Shown: positions 42,954 through 53,061, counted from the stretch's first letter. The stretch is DNA of 64,000 bases from Clostridia bacterium (GCA_029060025.1 JAIDUV010000027.1:33862-97861), one strand, 5' to 3'. Numbers and translations are program-made. The notes: a model not told the origin generated them from the letters alone.

Positions 42954-45038
42954 TCAGTCCTTGACTGAGAAGAGAATTGCTCCGTAAGTTGGGAACGGCC
43001 AATACTTGTCGGCGGTATTGACTTCCATCTCGTCTGCCGCGGCGCGCAACTTGTCCATTGCTGTAATTACGTCCGTGCGGTAGAACATTGCCTTTTTTTC
43101 GATGTCTGCGATAGCCTCCGCCTTGTGAACTTTTGTTGACAGTTCTTCGAGATACTTATACGCGTCTGCCGAGAGTTTTGTCAACTTCTTTGCGGTAGCC
43201 GTCTGCGCAGTTGCTTCAAATCCCAATTCTTTTGTTGCTAAGGCGGTCTTTGCAAGTTCTTTTATGTATGTAGTTACAGCGGGCAAAATCTGCTTGTTTG
43301 CCATATCTATCATTGTCAAAGCCTCGATGTTGACGACTTTTGCATAGTTCTCAAGCAAGATGTCCGTTCTGGATTCTACTTCCAAAGCAGAGAATATGCC
43401 GTGCTTTTCAAAGAGGGCTATATTCTTTGCGCTCTTGAAGTAGGGGATTGCTTCCGGCGTAGATTGCAAGTTGAGAAGTCCTCTCTTTTTTGCCTCTACC
43501 ACCCATTCGTCGGAATAGCCGTTGCCATTGAATATTATTTTCTTGTGAGCAATGAAAGTCTTCTTGACAAGGTCTTTGACTGCCGCCATAAAGTCGCTTG
43601 CGCCTTCAAGTTCGTCAGCGAATTGGTCGAGGGATTCTGCGACTATAGTATTGAGTATAATATTAGGTCCGGCAATAGAGAAGGTCGAGCCCAACATTCT
43701 GAATTCAAATTTGTTGCCTGTGAACGCAAATGGGGAAGTACGGTTTCTGTCGGTGGTGTCCTTTGTGAACTTGGGCAGAGAACTTACGCCGATTTCGTAT
43801 TCGCATTTTGCTCTTTTGCTGTACGTTCTGTCTTCGGCAATTGCCGTGAGTATGCCGTCGAGTTCTTCGCCGAGGAACATTGATACTATAGCAGGAGGCG
43901 CTTCGTTGGCTCCAAGTCTGTGATCGTTGCCTGCGCTTGCTACGCTTACTCTCAATAGGTCTTGATAATCGTCTACCGCCTTTATGACCGCAGCCAAGAA
44001 GAGTAAGAATTGCGCGTTGTCTTCCGGAGTGTCACCCGGCTCAAGCAGGTTTTCGCCCTTGTCCGTCGACATAGACCAGTTGTTGTGTTTGCCGCTTCCG
44101 TTGACGCCTTCAAAAGGCTTTTCGTGGAGCAGACATACCATTCCGTGACGGCTAGCAATCTTTTTCATCATCTCCATTGTCAACTGATTTGCGTCGGAAG
44201 ACACGTTGGATTGCGAGAAGATAGGCGCAAGTTCGTGCTGAGCGGGCGCAACTTCGTTGTGCTTTGTCTTGGCTAGCACGCCGAGTTTCCAAAGTTCGGT
44301 GTCGAGGTCTGCCATATACTTGACGACTCTTTGCTTGATAGTGCCGAAATAGTGGTCTTCAAGTTCTTGCCCCTTTGGAGCGGGTGCGCCGTAAAGCGTA
44401 CGGCCGGTGTATATCAAGTCCTTTCTCTTTTCATATACGCTTTTGTCAATGAGGAAGTATTCTTGCTCTGGACCTACGGTCGTAATGACTCTGTTGACGT
44501 CTTTGCCGAAAAGTTTGAGTATTCTGCACGCCGTTTTGCTAAGCGCTTTCATTGACTTAAGAAGAGGAGTTTTTTTGTCGAGAACTTCTCCGGTATACGA
44601 TACGAACGCCGTCGGTATGCAAAGCGTTCCGTCTTTGATAAACGCGTACGAAGTCGGGTCCCAAGCCGTATAGCCTCTTGCTTCAAAAGTGGCTCTGATA
44701 CCGCCGTTGGGGAAAGAAGACGCGTCTGGCTCGCCCTTAATGAGTTCTTTTCCGCTGAATTCCATTATTACTTTGCCGTCGGCAGTGGGTTGAATAAAGG
44801 CGTCGTGCTTTTCCGCCGTGATACCCGTCATCGGTTGAAACCAGTGGGTATAGTGTGTACAACCTTTTTCTATTGCCCAATCCTTCATTGCGTTGGCAAT
44901 AACCGTCGCGCAAGTCAAAGAAATAGGAGTGTCGTTTGCGATACAGGATTTGAGTTCCTTGTATGTGTACTTGGGAAGTCTTTCTTGCATTACCGTGTCG
45001 TTGAATACTAGACTGCCGAAGAGGTCTGACATTACCAT
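42954..45038 (-). CDS. glnN: Glutamine synthetase type III
   Basis: [82 protein letters not shown] all intact. Confidence 0.95.
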   Translation of the reverse strand: MVMSDLFGSLVFNDTVMQERLPKYTYKELKSCIANDTPISLTCATVIANAMKDWAIEKGCTHYTHWFQPMTGITAEKHDAFIQPTADGKVIMEFSGKELIKGEPDASSFPNGGIRATFEARGYTAWDPTSYAFIKDGTLCIPTAFVSYTGEVLDKKTPLLKSMKALSKTACRILKLFGKDVNRVITTVGPEQEYFLIDKSVYEKRKDLIYTGRTLYGAPAPKGQELEDHYFGTIKQRVVKYMADLDTELWKLGVLAKTKHNEVAPAQHELAPIFSQSNVSSDANQLTMEMMKKIASRHGMVCLLHEKPFEGVNGSGKHNNWSMSTDKGENLLEPGDTPEDNAQFLLFLAAVIKAVDDYQDLLRVSVASAGNDHRLGANEAPPAIVSMFLGEELDGILTAIAEDRTYSKRAKCEYEIGVSSLPKFTKDTTDRNRTSPFAFTGNKFEFRMLGSTFSIAGPNIILNTIVAESLDQFADELEGASDFMAAVKDLVKKTFIAHKKIIFNGNGYSDEWVVEAKKRGLLNLQSTPEAIPYFKSAKNIALFEKHGIFSALEVESRTDILLENYAKVVNIEALTMIDMANKQILPAVTTYIKELAKTALATKELGFEATAQTATAKKLTKLSADAYKYLEELSTKVHKAEAIADIEKKAMFYRTDVITAMDKLRAAADEMEVNTADKYWPFPTYGAILFSVKD

Positions 45039-45073
45039 ATTTGTTATATCTCCTTAAAATTTGTTTCTGTTGT

Positions 45074-45156
45074 AAAAGAAAAAGCGCCAAACAGGGAATT
45101 CCTGATTAGCGCCTTTGCTACAGTGACAGTATATATTTTCTGGAGAAAGATGTCAA
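45074..45156 (-). promoter_or_regulatory. GSIII promoter and leader: ANTAR-type hairpin overlapping an intrinsic terminator
   Basis: TTGACA (45156-45151)-17-TATACT (45133-45128). Hairpin TAGC-AAAGGC-GCTA (45120-45107). Terminator GGCGCTAATCAGG/CCTGTTTGGCGCT + TTTTCTTTT. Confidence 0.8.
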
Positions 45157-45297
45157 ACGATTTTAATAGTAATTTTTGGATTTTTTTGATTTTTTGTCAA
45201 AATGTTTTTGCAAGTCGTCGTAATATCAAGGCGGTAGAGAGGGGGTAGTATACAGTAGAGAATTCTTTGCTTGGGGCGAAATGGCATCATAAAGATT

Positions 45298-45335
45298 GAG
45301 ATTCTCCACTTCGCTTTGCTGCGCTCGAAATGACA
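45298..45335. repeat. REP-like repeat family I, right half
   Basis: gagattctccacttcgctttgctgcgctcgaaatgaca. Confidence 0.7.
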
Positions 45336-45710
45336 TACTATATTATTGACATATTTTTGTCGTTAAGGTTGTCATTGTGTTATACGCAATGACTGAAAAG
45401 GGAAATCGTAGCAATATTTTGCGCGCGAAATAATATAAATATTTATATGGACAATATAGGAAAATATAATCAAAATCAGCGAGTCTTTTCAGTGTGGCAA
45501 AATTATCGTAATAATTGTCATATAATGGATAAATGTCAATTAAATATGTAAATTTGAGCAATATAAATTCTTAAATTAGTCAGAATTTAGAAAATATAAA
45601 AGAAATCAAAAATATTTTTTTCAATTTATTGACAAGGACAATTTGGGAGTATTATAATTGCACCAAAGGAAGGGGCGAGAGACTTTTTCGTCCTTTAAAA
45701 GGTTTGTACT

Positions 45711-46805
45711 ATGTTGAAAGAAGGTGAGGTGAGAATACCGTCGGGATGCGCGATTTCGGGCATATTTTCCAGAAGCGGAAAACTCACCAACGGAGAGAAG
45801 ATCATTACGTCGATAGCCACTATGCACGACAGATCCAACGGTTTAGGCGGCGGTTTTGCAGGGTATGGAATTTATCCGCAATACGCAGATTTTTATGCTT
45901 TTCATATTTTCTACGACGACAATGAGATAAGAAAAGAGGCGGAGAATTTTCTCTACCAAAACTTTTTCATTGTCAATATGTCTATGATACCCATACGAAA
46001 GACCAAGAAGATATCTGACGAGCCGCTCATTTTGAGATACTTCGTCAAGCCTCTTGACGCAAGATTGCACGAGACAAATCTCGACGAAAAAGAATTTGTT
46101 GCCAGAATGGTAATAAAAGTTAATACGACTATCAAAGGCGCGTATATCTTTTCAAGCGGAAAGAATATGGGAATTTTCAAGGCGGTAGGTTATCCCGAGG
46201 ACGTAGGAGAGTATTATAGGCTGGAGGAATACGACGCTTACTGTTGGACGGCGCACGGCAGATATCCGACTAATACGCCCGGTTGGTGGGGCGGAGCGCA
46301 CCCATTCGGTATGCTTGATTATTCCGTCGTGCACAACGGAGAAATTTCTTCTTACGACGCCAACAGACGGTATATAGAGATGTTTGGATATAAGTGTACG
46401 CTTATGACGGACACCGAAGTAATTGCTTACGTCGTAGACTTTTTATGCCGCCGTCAGGGCTTGAGTATGCAGGAGATGGCAGGGGTCATAGCCGCGCCGT
46501 TCTGGAGTACGATAGAGAAAAAATCTCCCGAGGAGAGAGCGCTTGCCGAATACTTGCGCAATACTTTCTCAAGTTTGCTTATCACCGGACCTTTTAGCAT
46601 AATGGTGGGATTTGAAAACGGACTTATGGCGCTCAACGACAGGCTTAAGTTGCGCAGTATGGTCGTGGGTGAAAAGGACGATATGACGTATATCGCAAGC
46701 GAAGAATGCGCTATAAGAGTAATTGAGCCAAACCTTGACAGAATTTGGTCACCGAGGGGCGGAGAACCTGTAATAGTCACTCTTGACAAAAAGGAGGGAA
46801 AATAA
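45711..46805 (+). CDS. Class-II glutamine amidotransferase, split glutamate synthase subunit (GltB1 type)
   Basis: SGCAI N-terminal nucleophile, DRSNGLGGG, HGRYPTNT.GWWGGAHPF, HNGEI, DTEV, DRLKLR. Confidence 0.9.
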   Translation: MLKEGEVRIPSGCAISGIFSRSGKLTNGEKIITSIATMHDRSNGLGGGFAGYGIYPQYADFYAFHIFYDDNEIRKEAENFLYQNFFIVNMSMIPIRKTKKISDEPLILRYFVKPLDARLHETNLDEKEFVARMVIKVNTTIKGAYIFSSGKNMGIFKAVGYPEDVGEYYRLEEYDAYCWTAHGRYPTNTPGWWGGAHPFGMLDYSVVHNGEISSYDANRRYIEMFGYKCTLMTDTEVIAYVVDFLCRRQGLSMQEMAGVIAAPFWSTIEKKSPEERALAEYLRNTFSSLLITGPFSIMVGFENGLMALNDRLKLRSMVVGEKDDMTYIASEECAIRVIEPNLDRIWSPRGGEPVIVTLDKKEGK

Positions 46806-46806
46806 T

Positions 46807-48312
46807 ATGTCGATAAATTATATATATCCTCCGTATGAAGTCGTAAGAAATTTTAGTAAGTGCATAAATTGCAAGATATGCGTCAAGCAGTGCGCCAACG
46901 AGGTGCATACTTTTGACGAGAAGAAAGGCATAATGCTTGCCGATGATACCAAGTGCGTCAACTGTCACAGGTGCGTTACCACTTGCCCTACGAGAGCGCT
47001 AAAGATTGTCAAATCTGACAATACATATAAAGAAAACGCCAACTGGTCGGCGGAGTCTATGAAGGAGATTTACCGTCAGGCGGAGAGCGGCGGAGTTTTG
47101 TTGTCGTCTATGGGTAATCCTCAGCCTTTGCCGGTGTATTGGGACAAGATACTTATCAATGCTTCGCAGGTAACAAATCCCTCTATCGACCCATTGAGAG
47201 AACCTATGGAAACTACGGTATTCTTGGGTAGTAAACCCGATAAAATCGTCAGAGACGAAAATGGCAAAATCGTTGACAATCTGTCACCGCAACTCAAATT
47301 GAGTACGCCTATTATGTTTTCGGCAATGAGTTATGGCTCTATAAGTTACAACGCTCACGCGGCGCTTGCCAAGGCGGCGGAAAAGTTGGGAATATTCTAT
47401 AACACAGGCGAGGGCGGTCTACACGAGGACTTTTATCAGTACGGCAAAAATACTATCGTGCAAGTTGCGTCGGGGAGATTTGGCGTATATAAAGATTATC
47501 TTGAGGCGGGCGAGTGTATAGAAATCAAGATAGGTCAAGGCGCTAAGCCTGGTATAGGCGGACACTTGCCGGGCGCAAAGATCGTGGGAGACATCTCAAA
47601 GACGAGAATGATACCTGTAGGCAGTGACGCCATATCTCCCGCGCCTCACCACGATATTTATTCTATTGAAGACTTGCGTCAACTTGTATTTTCTCTCAAA
47701 GAAGCAACAGGATATAAGAAGCCAATCGCAGTCAAAGTCGCGGCAGTGCACAACGTGGCTGCCGTCGCAAGCGGTATTGCTAGAAGTGGCGCAGATATAA
47801 TCGTCATTGACGGCTTTAGAGGTGGCACCGGAGCGGCGCCAACGAGAATAAGAGACAACGTGGGTATTCCTATCGAACTTGCCCTTGCTAGCGTAGACAA
47901 GAGACTGCGTGACGAGGGTATCAGAGGCAACGTGTCTTTGGTAGTAGGCGGCTCTATTCGCAACAGCGCGGACGTCATAAAAGCAATTGCATTGGGCGCT
48001 GACGCTTGTTATATTGCCACTGCGGCGCTTATGGCAATGGGCTGTCACCTTTGCAGGTCTTGTCACCTCGGTAAATGCAATTGGGGTATCGCAACTCAAG
48101 TGCCGGAACTCGTAAAGAGACTTGACCCCGAGGTCGGCTGTAACCGACTTGTCAACCTCGTCACCGCTTGGACGCACGAAATCAAAGAGATGATGGGCGG
48201 TATGGGTATCAACTCTATAGAGGCGCTCAAAGGCAACAGGCTTATGCTTAGAGGCGTGGGACTTAATGAGAGGGAGTTGGAGATTTTAGGCATCAAACAC
48301 GCCGGCGAATAA
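46807..48312 (+). CDS. Glutamate synthase FMN-binding subunit with 2x[4Fe-4S] (GltB2 type)
   Basis: CxxCxxCxxxC twice, MSYGS, NTGEGG, QVASGRFGV, KIGQGAKPG.GGHLPG.K, SPAPHHDIYSIEDL, C..C..C..G.C..G.ATQ. Confidence 0.93.
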   Translation: MSINYIYPPYEVVRNFSKCINCKICVKQCANEVHTFDEKKGIMLADDTKCVNCHRCVTTCPTRALKIVKSDNTYKENANWSAESMKEIYRQAESGGVLLSSMGNPQPLPVYWDKILINASQVTNPSIDPLREPMETTVFLGSKPDKIVRDENGKIVDNLSPQLKLSTPIMFSAMSYGSISYNAHAALAKAAEKLGIFYNTGEGGLHEDFYQYGKNTIVQVASGRFGVYKDYLEAGECIEIKIGQGAKPGIGGHLPGAKIVGDISKTRMIPVGSDAISPAPHHDIYSIEDLRQLVFSLKEATGYKKPIAVKVAAVHNVAAVASGIARSGADIIVIDGFRGGTGAAPTRIRDNVGIPIELALASVDKRLRDEGIRGNVSLVVGGSIRNSADVIKAIALGADACYIATAALMAMGCHLCRSCHLGKCNWGIATQVPELVKRLDPEVGCNRLVNLVTAWTHEIKEMMGGMGINSIEALKGNRLMLRGVGLNERELEILGIKHAGE

Positions 48313-48313
48313 T

Positions 48314-48445
48314 GCGACCGCATATATCAGCCGTCTTTTTGCCGTAGGCGTCGGGTCTCAAGAAGTCGACGTGTACGGCAAGTACACTTGACGACTTCAT
48401 TTCGCCCTAGCACGGACAAAAATACAACTAATCTCTGCGGTTGTT
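48314..48445. repeat. Structured intergenic repeat (family II), copy without insert
   Basis: Aligns with 3284-3455; nested stems. Confidence 0.8.
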
Positions 48446-48567
48446 CACGGCAAGATATAATGGCAAGTAAATTGAAATTTTGTCTATCTCTTTTTTGCCG
48501 AACATAAGCGCGTATAGCGGCTCACTTGAGACAAAGAGTAAACTACTATAGCAGTGCGCTATCATAT

Positions 48568-48605
48568 TGTCATTTCGACTGCAGCGTAGCGTAATGGAGA
48601 AATCT
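48568..48605. repeat. REP-like repeat family I, left half
   Basis: tgtcatttcgactgcagcgtagcgtaatggagaaatct matches 62061-62153 once the insert there is removed. Confidence 0.75.
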
Positions 48606-48652
48606 AATCTAATAAATATCAAATATTACTCCAAGAGGAGAAACAAAGAACA

Positions 48653-49375
48653 ATGTTAAAAATTGATTGTACCAATAAACACTTTTCTGAGATAGGAAAG
48701 TTGATACGCGAAACCAAAGAAACTCAAATAGTAATCGACAATGCGCAAGGACACAGATATATTGCGTCGGGCGTGGGCGGCAAGGAGATAACTATCAATG
48801 GCACTCCCGGCAACGCAATGGGCGCATATCTTGACGGCTGTAAGATTGTAGTTAACGGCAGCGCGCAAGACGCTATCGGAGATACTATGAACGACGGACT
48901 TATTGTCATTCACGGCAACAGCGGAGACGCCACCGGATATTCTATGCGCGGCGGAAAGATTTTTATCAAAGGTGATGCGGGTTATCGCGCAGGTATACAT
49001 ATCAAGGCGTATAAGGATAAATTTCCGGTGATTGTCATTGGCGGAAAGGCAGGAAGTTTTCTTGGAGAATACCAAGCCGGCGGTATTATACTTGTGCTTG
49101 GCATTGACACCGACAGCAAGACAAACGTAGGTTATTTTACCGGCAACGGTATGCACGGCGGCAAGATAATCTTACGTAGCGAACAATTGCCCGACCTGCC
49201 CGAGCAAATAGTTGCAAGAAAGGCAAATGCCCAAGATCTAAAAGAGATAGAGCAGTACGTCAACGAGTATTGCGGATATTTTGGCAACGACCCCAAGGAG
49301 ATAATGAGCAAGGATTTCTTTGTGTTGACGGCTAATAGCGCGAATCCGTATAAGCAATTATATACGTCGGTGTAA
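48653..49375 (+). CDS. Glutamate synthase C-terminal GXGXG subunit (GltB3 type)
   Basis: Repeated G..G...G..M.GG beta-helix motifs (GDTMNDG, GYSMRGG, GEYQAGG, GNGMHGG). Confidence 0.9.
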   Translation: MLKIDCTNKHFSEIGKLIRETKETQIVIDNAQGHRYIASGVGGKEITINGTPGNAMGAYLDGCKIVVNGSAQDAIGDTMNDGLIVIHGNSGDATGYSMRGGKIFIKGDAGYRAGIHIKAYKDKFPVIVIGGKAGSFLGEYQAGGIILVLGIDTDSKTNVGYFTGNGMHGGKIILRSEQLPDLPEQIVARKANAQDLKEIEQYVNEYCGYFGNDPKEIMSKDFFVLTANSANPYKQLYTSV

Positions 49376-49543
49376 AATTGAAAGACGGCTGGCAAGAGGT
49401 ATTTGCATTAGTACCGACATATTTTTTAGTGAGAGTAATCTAAAAATCGCAAATTGTTTAAACCAAAAACTATGATGTACTTAATGCAAACACCATCTTT
49501 TCGCCTTGCGTAAGTCTAACTTATATCAACTGTAAATTATAGA

Positions 49544-49822
49544 TTAGTTATCAAAAATTTCCTGTCCCATAGCAAGCCCAAAGGCAAAAGCCTCTCTGTA
49601 TACATCATAACCGTAGAGAACGGTTTCGCGTAAGTGCAGGTCTTGCAATTCGTTAAATTGTTGCAAAAGTTTGGGGTTGTCGGCAATTTGTTTTTGAAAA
49701 TCTTCAATTTTATCAACTAAGTCGTCTAAAGTTTTGTTATACTCGTCACTTGAAGTGGGGTTATCCAAGTTACCTCGTGTTCCCATCAACATTTGCATAA
49801 TAGCAGAATTTTTTTGTTTCAT
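49544..49822 (-). CDS. Small helical hypothetical protein (DUF6809-like)
   Basis: RBS AAGGAG; C-terminal YREAFAFGLAMGQEIF. Confidence 0.65.
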   Translation of the reverse strand: MKQKNSAIMQMLMGTRGNLDNPTSSDEYNKTLDDLVDKIEDFQKQIADNPKLLQQFNELQDLHLRETVLYGYDVYREAFAFGLAMGQEIFDN

Positions 49823-50030
49823 AGTTTGCTCCTTGTTCAATAAAAGTGTATATATTATTACATAAATTTTTGCAAAATACTTTACTTGCACATTTTTGTG
49901 CAAACATTTTTGTCCAACTAATAAATCTAATAATTTTTATATATTTACTATTTACAAAACTTGATATTTAAGATTTAGTATGATATAATTATAAAAATAT
50001 TTAGGAAGTACGCCCCTAAAAGAGGTTTTT

Positions 50031-51332
50031 ATGAGTCAAACGGTAAAAGAAGTTTTGGATTTTGTAAAAGACAACGACGTCAAATTTGTCAAATTGACTT
50101 TTTGCGACTCCTTCGGAAATATCAAAAATATATCAATCATAGCCGACGAGTTGCCAAGCGCCTTCGAAAAGGGAGTATCATTTGAAGCCTATTCGGTGGG
50201 CGGCTTCGTCGACCCGGAAGAAAGCGACTTGTTGCTTTACCCAGACGCCTCAACTATTCAACTGTTGCCTTGGAGACCCCAGCACGGAAGCGTAGTGAGG
50301 TTTTTTTGTAAGATAAGACATACCGACGGCAGAGACTTTGACGGTGACGGCAGAGGACTTCTTGCCAATGCGCAAAACAAACTTTCGCAGATGGGCTTGT
50401 CCTGTCTTATCGGCAGTGACTGCGAGTTCTATCTCTTCAAGTTGAACGAAGACGGAACGCCTACGCTCGAGCCGCACGATATGGCGGGGTATCTCGACGT
50501 TGCGCCGTTTGACAAAGGCGAAAACGTAAGAAGAGATATTTGCCTTACGCTGGAGAGAATGGGTATCAAGCCTATCTCTTCTCACCACGAAAGAGGACCT
50601 GGACAAAATGAAATATGCTTCAAAGTCAACGACGCCCTTATGGCTGCGGACGACCTCTTGACATTCAAGACGGTGGTCAAAGCCGTGGCTAATATGAACG
50701 GACTTCACGCGTCTTTTATGCCAAAGCCGCTTAAGGACGAGATAGGAAGCGGTCTGCATATCAATTTGTCTCTTCTCAAAGACGGCGACAATTTGTTTGA
50801 ACCGTCGCGCCTGTCGGGATCTAAAGAGGCTGAGAGTTTTGTTGCGGGCATACTTGCAAGGGCAAAGGAAATGGCGGTATTTCTCAATCCTACCGTCAAC
50901 TCGTATGAGAGACTTGAAAACAACGAAGATATAGAGGCTTACAATCAAATTGCTTGGTCGTATCTCAACGGTCGTCAATTGATAAGGATAAAAAAAGACG
51001 GACTTGCCAAGATGCAATTGCGTTCTGCAGACCCATCTTGCAATCCGTATATCGCGTACGCGCTCTTGCTATTTGCAGGCGCAGAGGGAATAGAGCAGGG
51101 GCTTAGATTGCCAAAGGAGTTGGACGTCAACAACGCGGGCGAAGCAGAATGTCTGCCCGAAGACCTTATGAGCGCAATCCAACTTGCTAAAAACAGTGAC
51201 TTTATCGCAAGGTACATACCTAGCAAGACGTTGAAAAAATTCTTTGAGTATAAGGAAAATATGTACAAGAATTATTCGCTGTCAAAGGATAAGGACGCTT
51301 TTATGACAAAGGCATACTTCAATAAGATTTAA
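50031..51332 (+). CDS. Glutamine synthetase type I-like protein with degenerate active site
   Basis: GS-I fold motifs ESDLLLYPD, SHHE.GPGQNEI, FMPKP, NPTVNSY and DP.CNPY are present, but several catalytic motifs are altered (see findings). Confidence 0.85.
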   Translation: MSQTVKEVLDFVKDNDVKFVKLTFCDSFGNIKNISIIADELPSAFEKGVSFEAYSVGGFVDPEESDLLLYPDASTIQLLPWRPQHGSVVRFFCKIRHTDGRDFDGDGRGLLANAQNKLSQMGLSCLIGSDCEFYLFKLNEDGTPTLEPHDMAGYLDVAPFDKGENVRRDICLTLERMGIKPISSHHERGPGQNEICFKVNDALMAADDLLTFKTVVKAVANMNGLHASFMPKPLKDEIGSGLHINLSLLKDGDNLFEPSRLSGSKEAESFVAGILARAKEMAVFLNPTVNSYERLENNEDIEAYNQIAWSYLNGRQLIRIKKDGLAKMQLRSADPSCNPYIAYALLLFAGAEGIEQGLRLPKELDVNNAGEAECLPEDLMSAIQLAKNSDFIARYIPSKTLKKFFEYKENMYKNYSLSKDKDAFMTKAYFNKI

Positions 51333-51396
51333 GCGAAGATAGATAATAAAATGCAACAGTGGGTGCGCAGATAGGCGCACCGGTGTAGGAGAGAAC

Positions 51397-51966
51397 GTGG
51401 CAAGTGCCCTAATAGTGTCGACAGCGGAATATGTGAGTAAGTTTTCGGCAATGTTGACCGAAGTGGGCTTTGCTGACGTCTATCAGGCTCATTCGGGAGT
51501 TGAGGCAAGACATCTGATAGTCGAAAGGCAATACGCGCTTATGATAATCAATGCTCCTCTCGTCGACGAGTTTGGATACGACCTTGCGATATACGCGGTG
51601 GAAAATACGACTATGAGCGTACTTATGCTGGCGCGGGGAGACGTGTGCGAGGCGGTGGAAAACAAAGTCGAAGATTACGGAGTTGTGGTTATGTCAAAGC
51701 CGGTGACGGCAGAAGGCTTGTTTAAGACCTTGAAAGCGCTGTACGCCAATCACAACCGAATAAATTCGATAGTGCTAAGCAATCGCAGATTGCAAGACAA
51801 GATAGAGGAACTCAAACTGGTGGACAGGGCAAAGTGCTTGCTTATCTCACGCGAAGGAATGAGCGAAGAGCAGGCGCATAAGTATATCGAAACCGCCGCT
51901 ATGGATATGAGAGTGTCCAAAAAACAAATTGCTGAAAAAATTATATCAATAAAACAATACGATTAA
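51397..51966 (+). CDS. ANTAR-domain antiterminator with pseudo-receiver domain (AmiR/NasT/NitR-like)
   Basis: GTG start with AGGAG RBS. ANTAR motif VDRAKCLLI..EGMSEEQAH.YI...AMDMRVSK. Receiver lacks the acidic pocket and phospho-Asp. Confidence 0.9.
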   Translation: MASALIVSTAEYVSKFSAMLTEVGFADVYQAHSGVEARHLIVERQYALMIINAPLVDEFGYDLAIYAVENTTMSVLMLARGDVCEAVENKVEDYGVVVMSKPVTAEGLFKTLKALYANHNRINSIVLSNRRLQDKIEELKLVDRAKCLLISREGMSEEQAHKYIETAAMDMRVSKKQIAEKIISIKQYD

Positions 51967-51982
51967 GAAAAAAGAGGTAGAA

Positions 51983-53061
51983 ATGAAAAAAGTTTATCTT
52001 ATTCTCGAAAACGGTAAGGTCTTTGAAGGCGAGTCGATCGGCGTCGAAGGCGAAGTAATCGGCGAAGTAGTCTTTACCACTGCAATGACAGGATATCTTG
52101 AGACTTTGACAGACCCAAGTTATTACGGTCAGATAGTTTGTCAGACCTTTCCGCTGATAGGTAACTACGGCGTTATCGAAGAGGACTTTGAGTCTCCGAG
52201 CAGCGCGGTCAAGGGATATATCGTCAGAGATATATGCGACGAGCCGTCCAATTTCCGCTCCCAAGGCAAACTCGACGATATGCTCAAGAAGTTGGGCGTA
52301 ATAGGTATCTGCGGAATAGACACCAGAGAACTTACTAAGATCGTCAGAGAAAGCGGCGTTATGAACGGAATAATCACCGACAAGCCTACGCTCGACAAGG
52401 AGCAAAAGACTGCCCTAAAAGAATACGTCATTACCGATGCGGTCAAGAGCGTATCTTGCAAAGAAAAGAGAGTAGTCTGCAACGTCAAAAAGCCAAAGAA
52501 GAGAGTGGCGCTCCTTGATTACGGTATCAAGAGAAATATAATCGAGAAGTTGGCAAGAAGAGGATGCGAGGTTACTATTTTCCCGCACGACACTTCGGCT
52601 GAAGAGATAATTGAATTTGCTCCCGACGGAATTATGCTTTCCAACGGACCGGGCAACCCCGAAGAAAACGTATACGAGATTAAGCAAATCAAAAAACTCG
52701 TCAAGAGCGGTATACCAATGTTCGGTATCTGTATAGGACATCAGTTGCTTGCCCTTTCTCAAGGCGCAAAGACTTATAAACTCAAGTACGGTCACAGAGG
52801 CGGAAACCAACCTGTCAAAGATCTTGCAACAGGCAGAGTATACGTATCTACGCAAAATCACGGATACGCAGTCGACCTCGACACTCTTCCGAAGAGCGCC
52901 CAGGTGACTTTCGTCAACGTCAACGACGGCACTTGCGAGGGACTCAACTATAAAAACGCAAACGTATTTTCGGTTCAGTTCCATCCCGAGGCTTGCGCAG
53001 GACCGCTTGACACAGGATATTTGTTTGACAGATTTATGGAGAATATGGAGGAGAGAAAGTA

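Noticed and set aside
45343-45561. 72-aa ORF in the GSIII/gltB1 intergenic region
   Set aside because: AT-rich promoter region, non-ATG start, no SD.
45039-45710. GlnR/TnrA box (TGTNA-N7-TNACA)
   Set aside because: No convincing match was seen upstream of GSIII or GOGAT, and no glnR gene is in the window.
48428-48622. 64-aa minus-strand ORF between gltB2 and gltB3
   Set aside because: It overlaps repeat elements and has no convincing RBS or motif.
51362-51381. Hairpin GGTGCGC-AGATAG-GCGCACC between the GS-like and ANTAR genes as an ANTAR site or terminator
   Set aside because: The hexaloop lacks G at position 4 and there is no U tract. It may be a processing or stability hairpin, but function cannot be supported.
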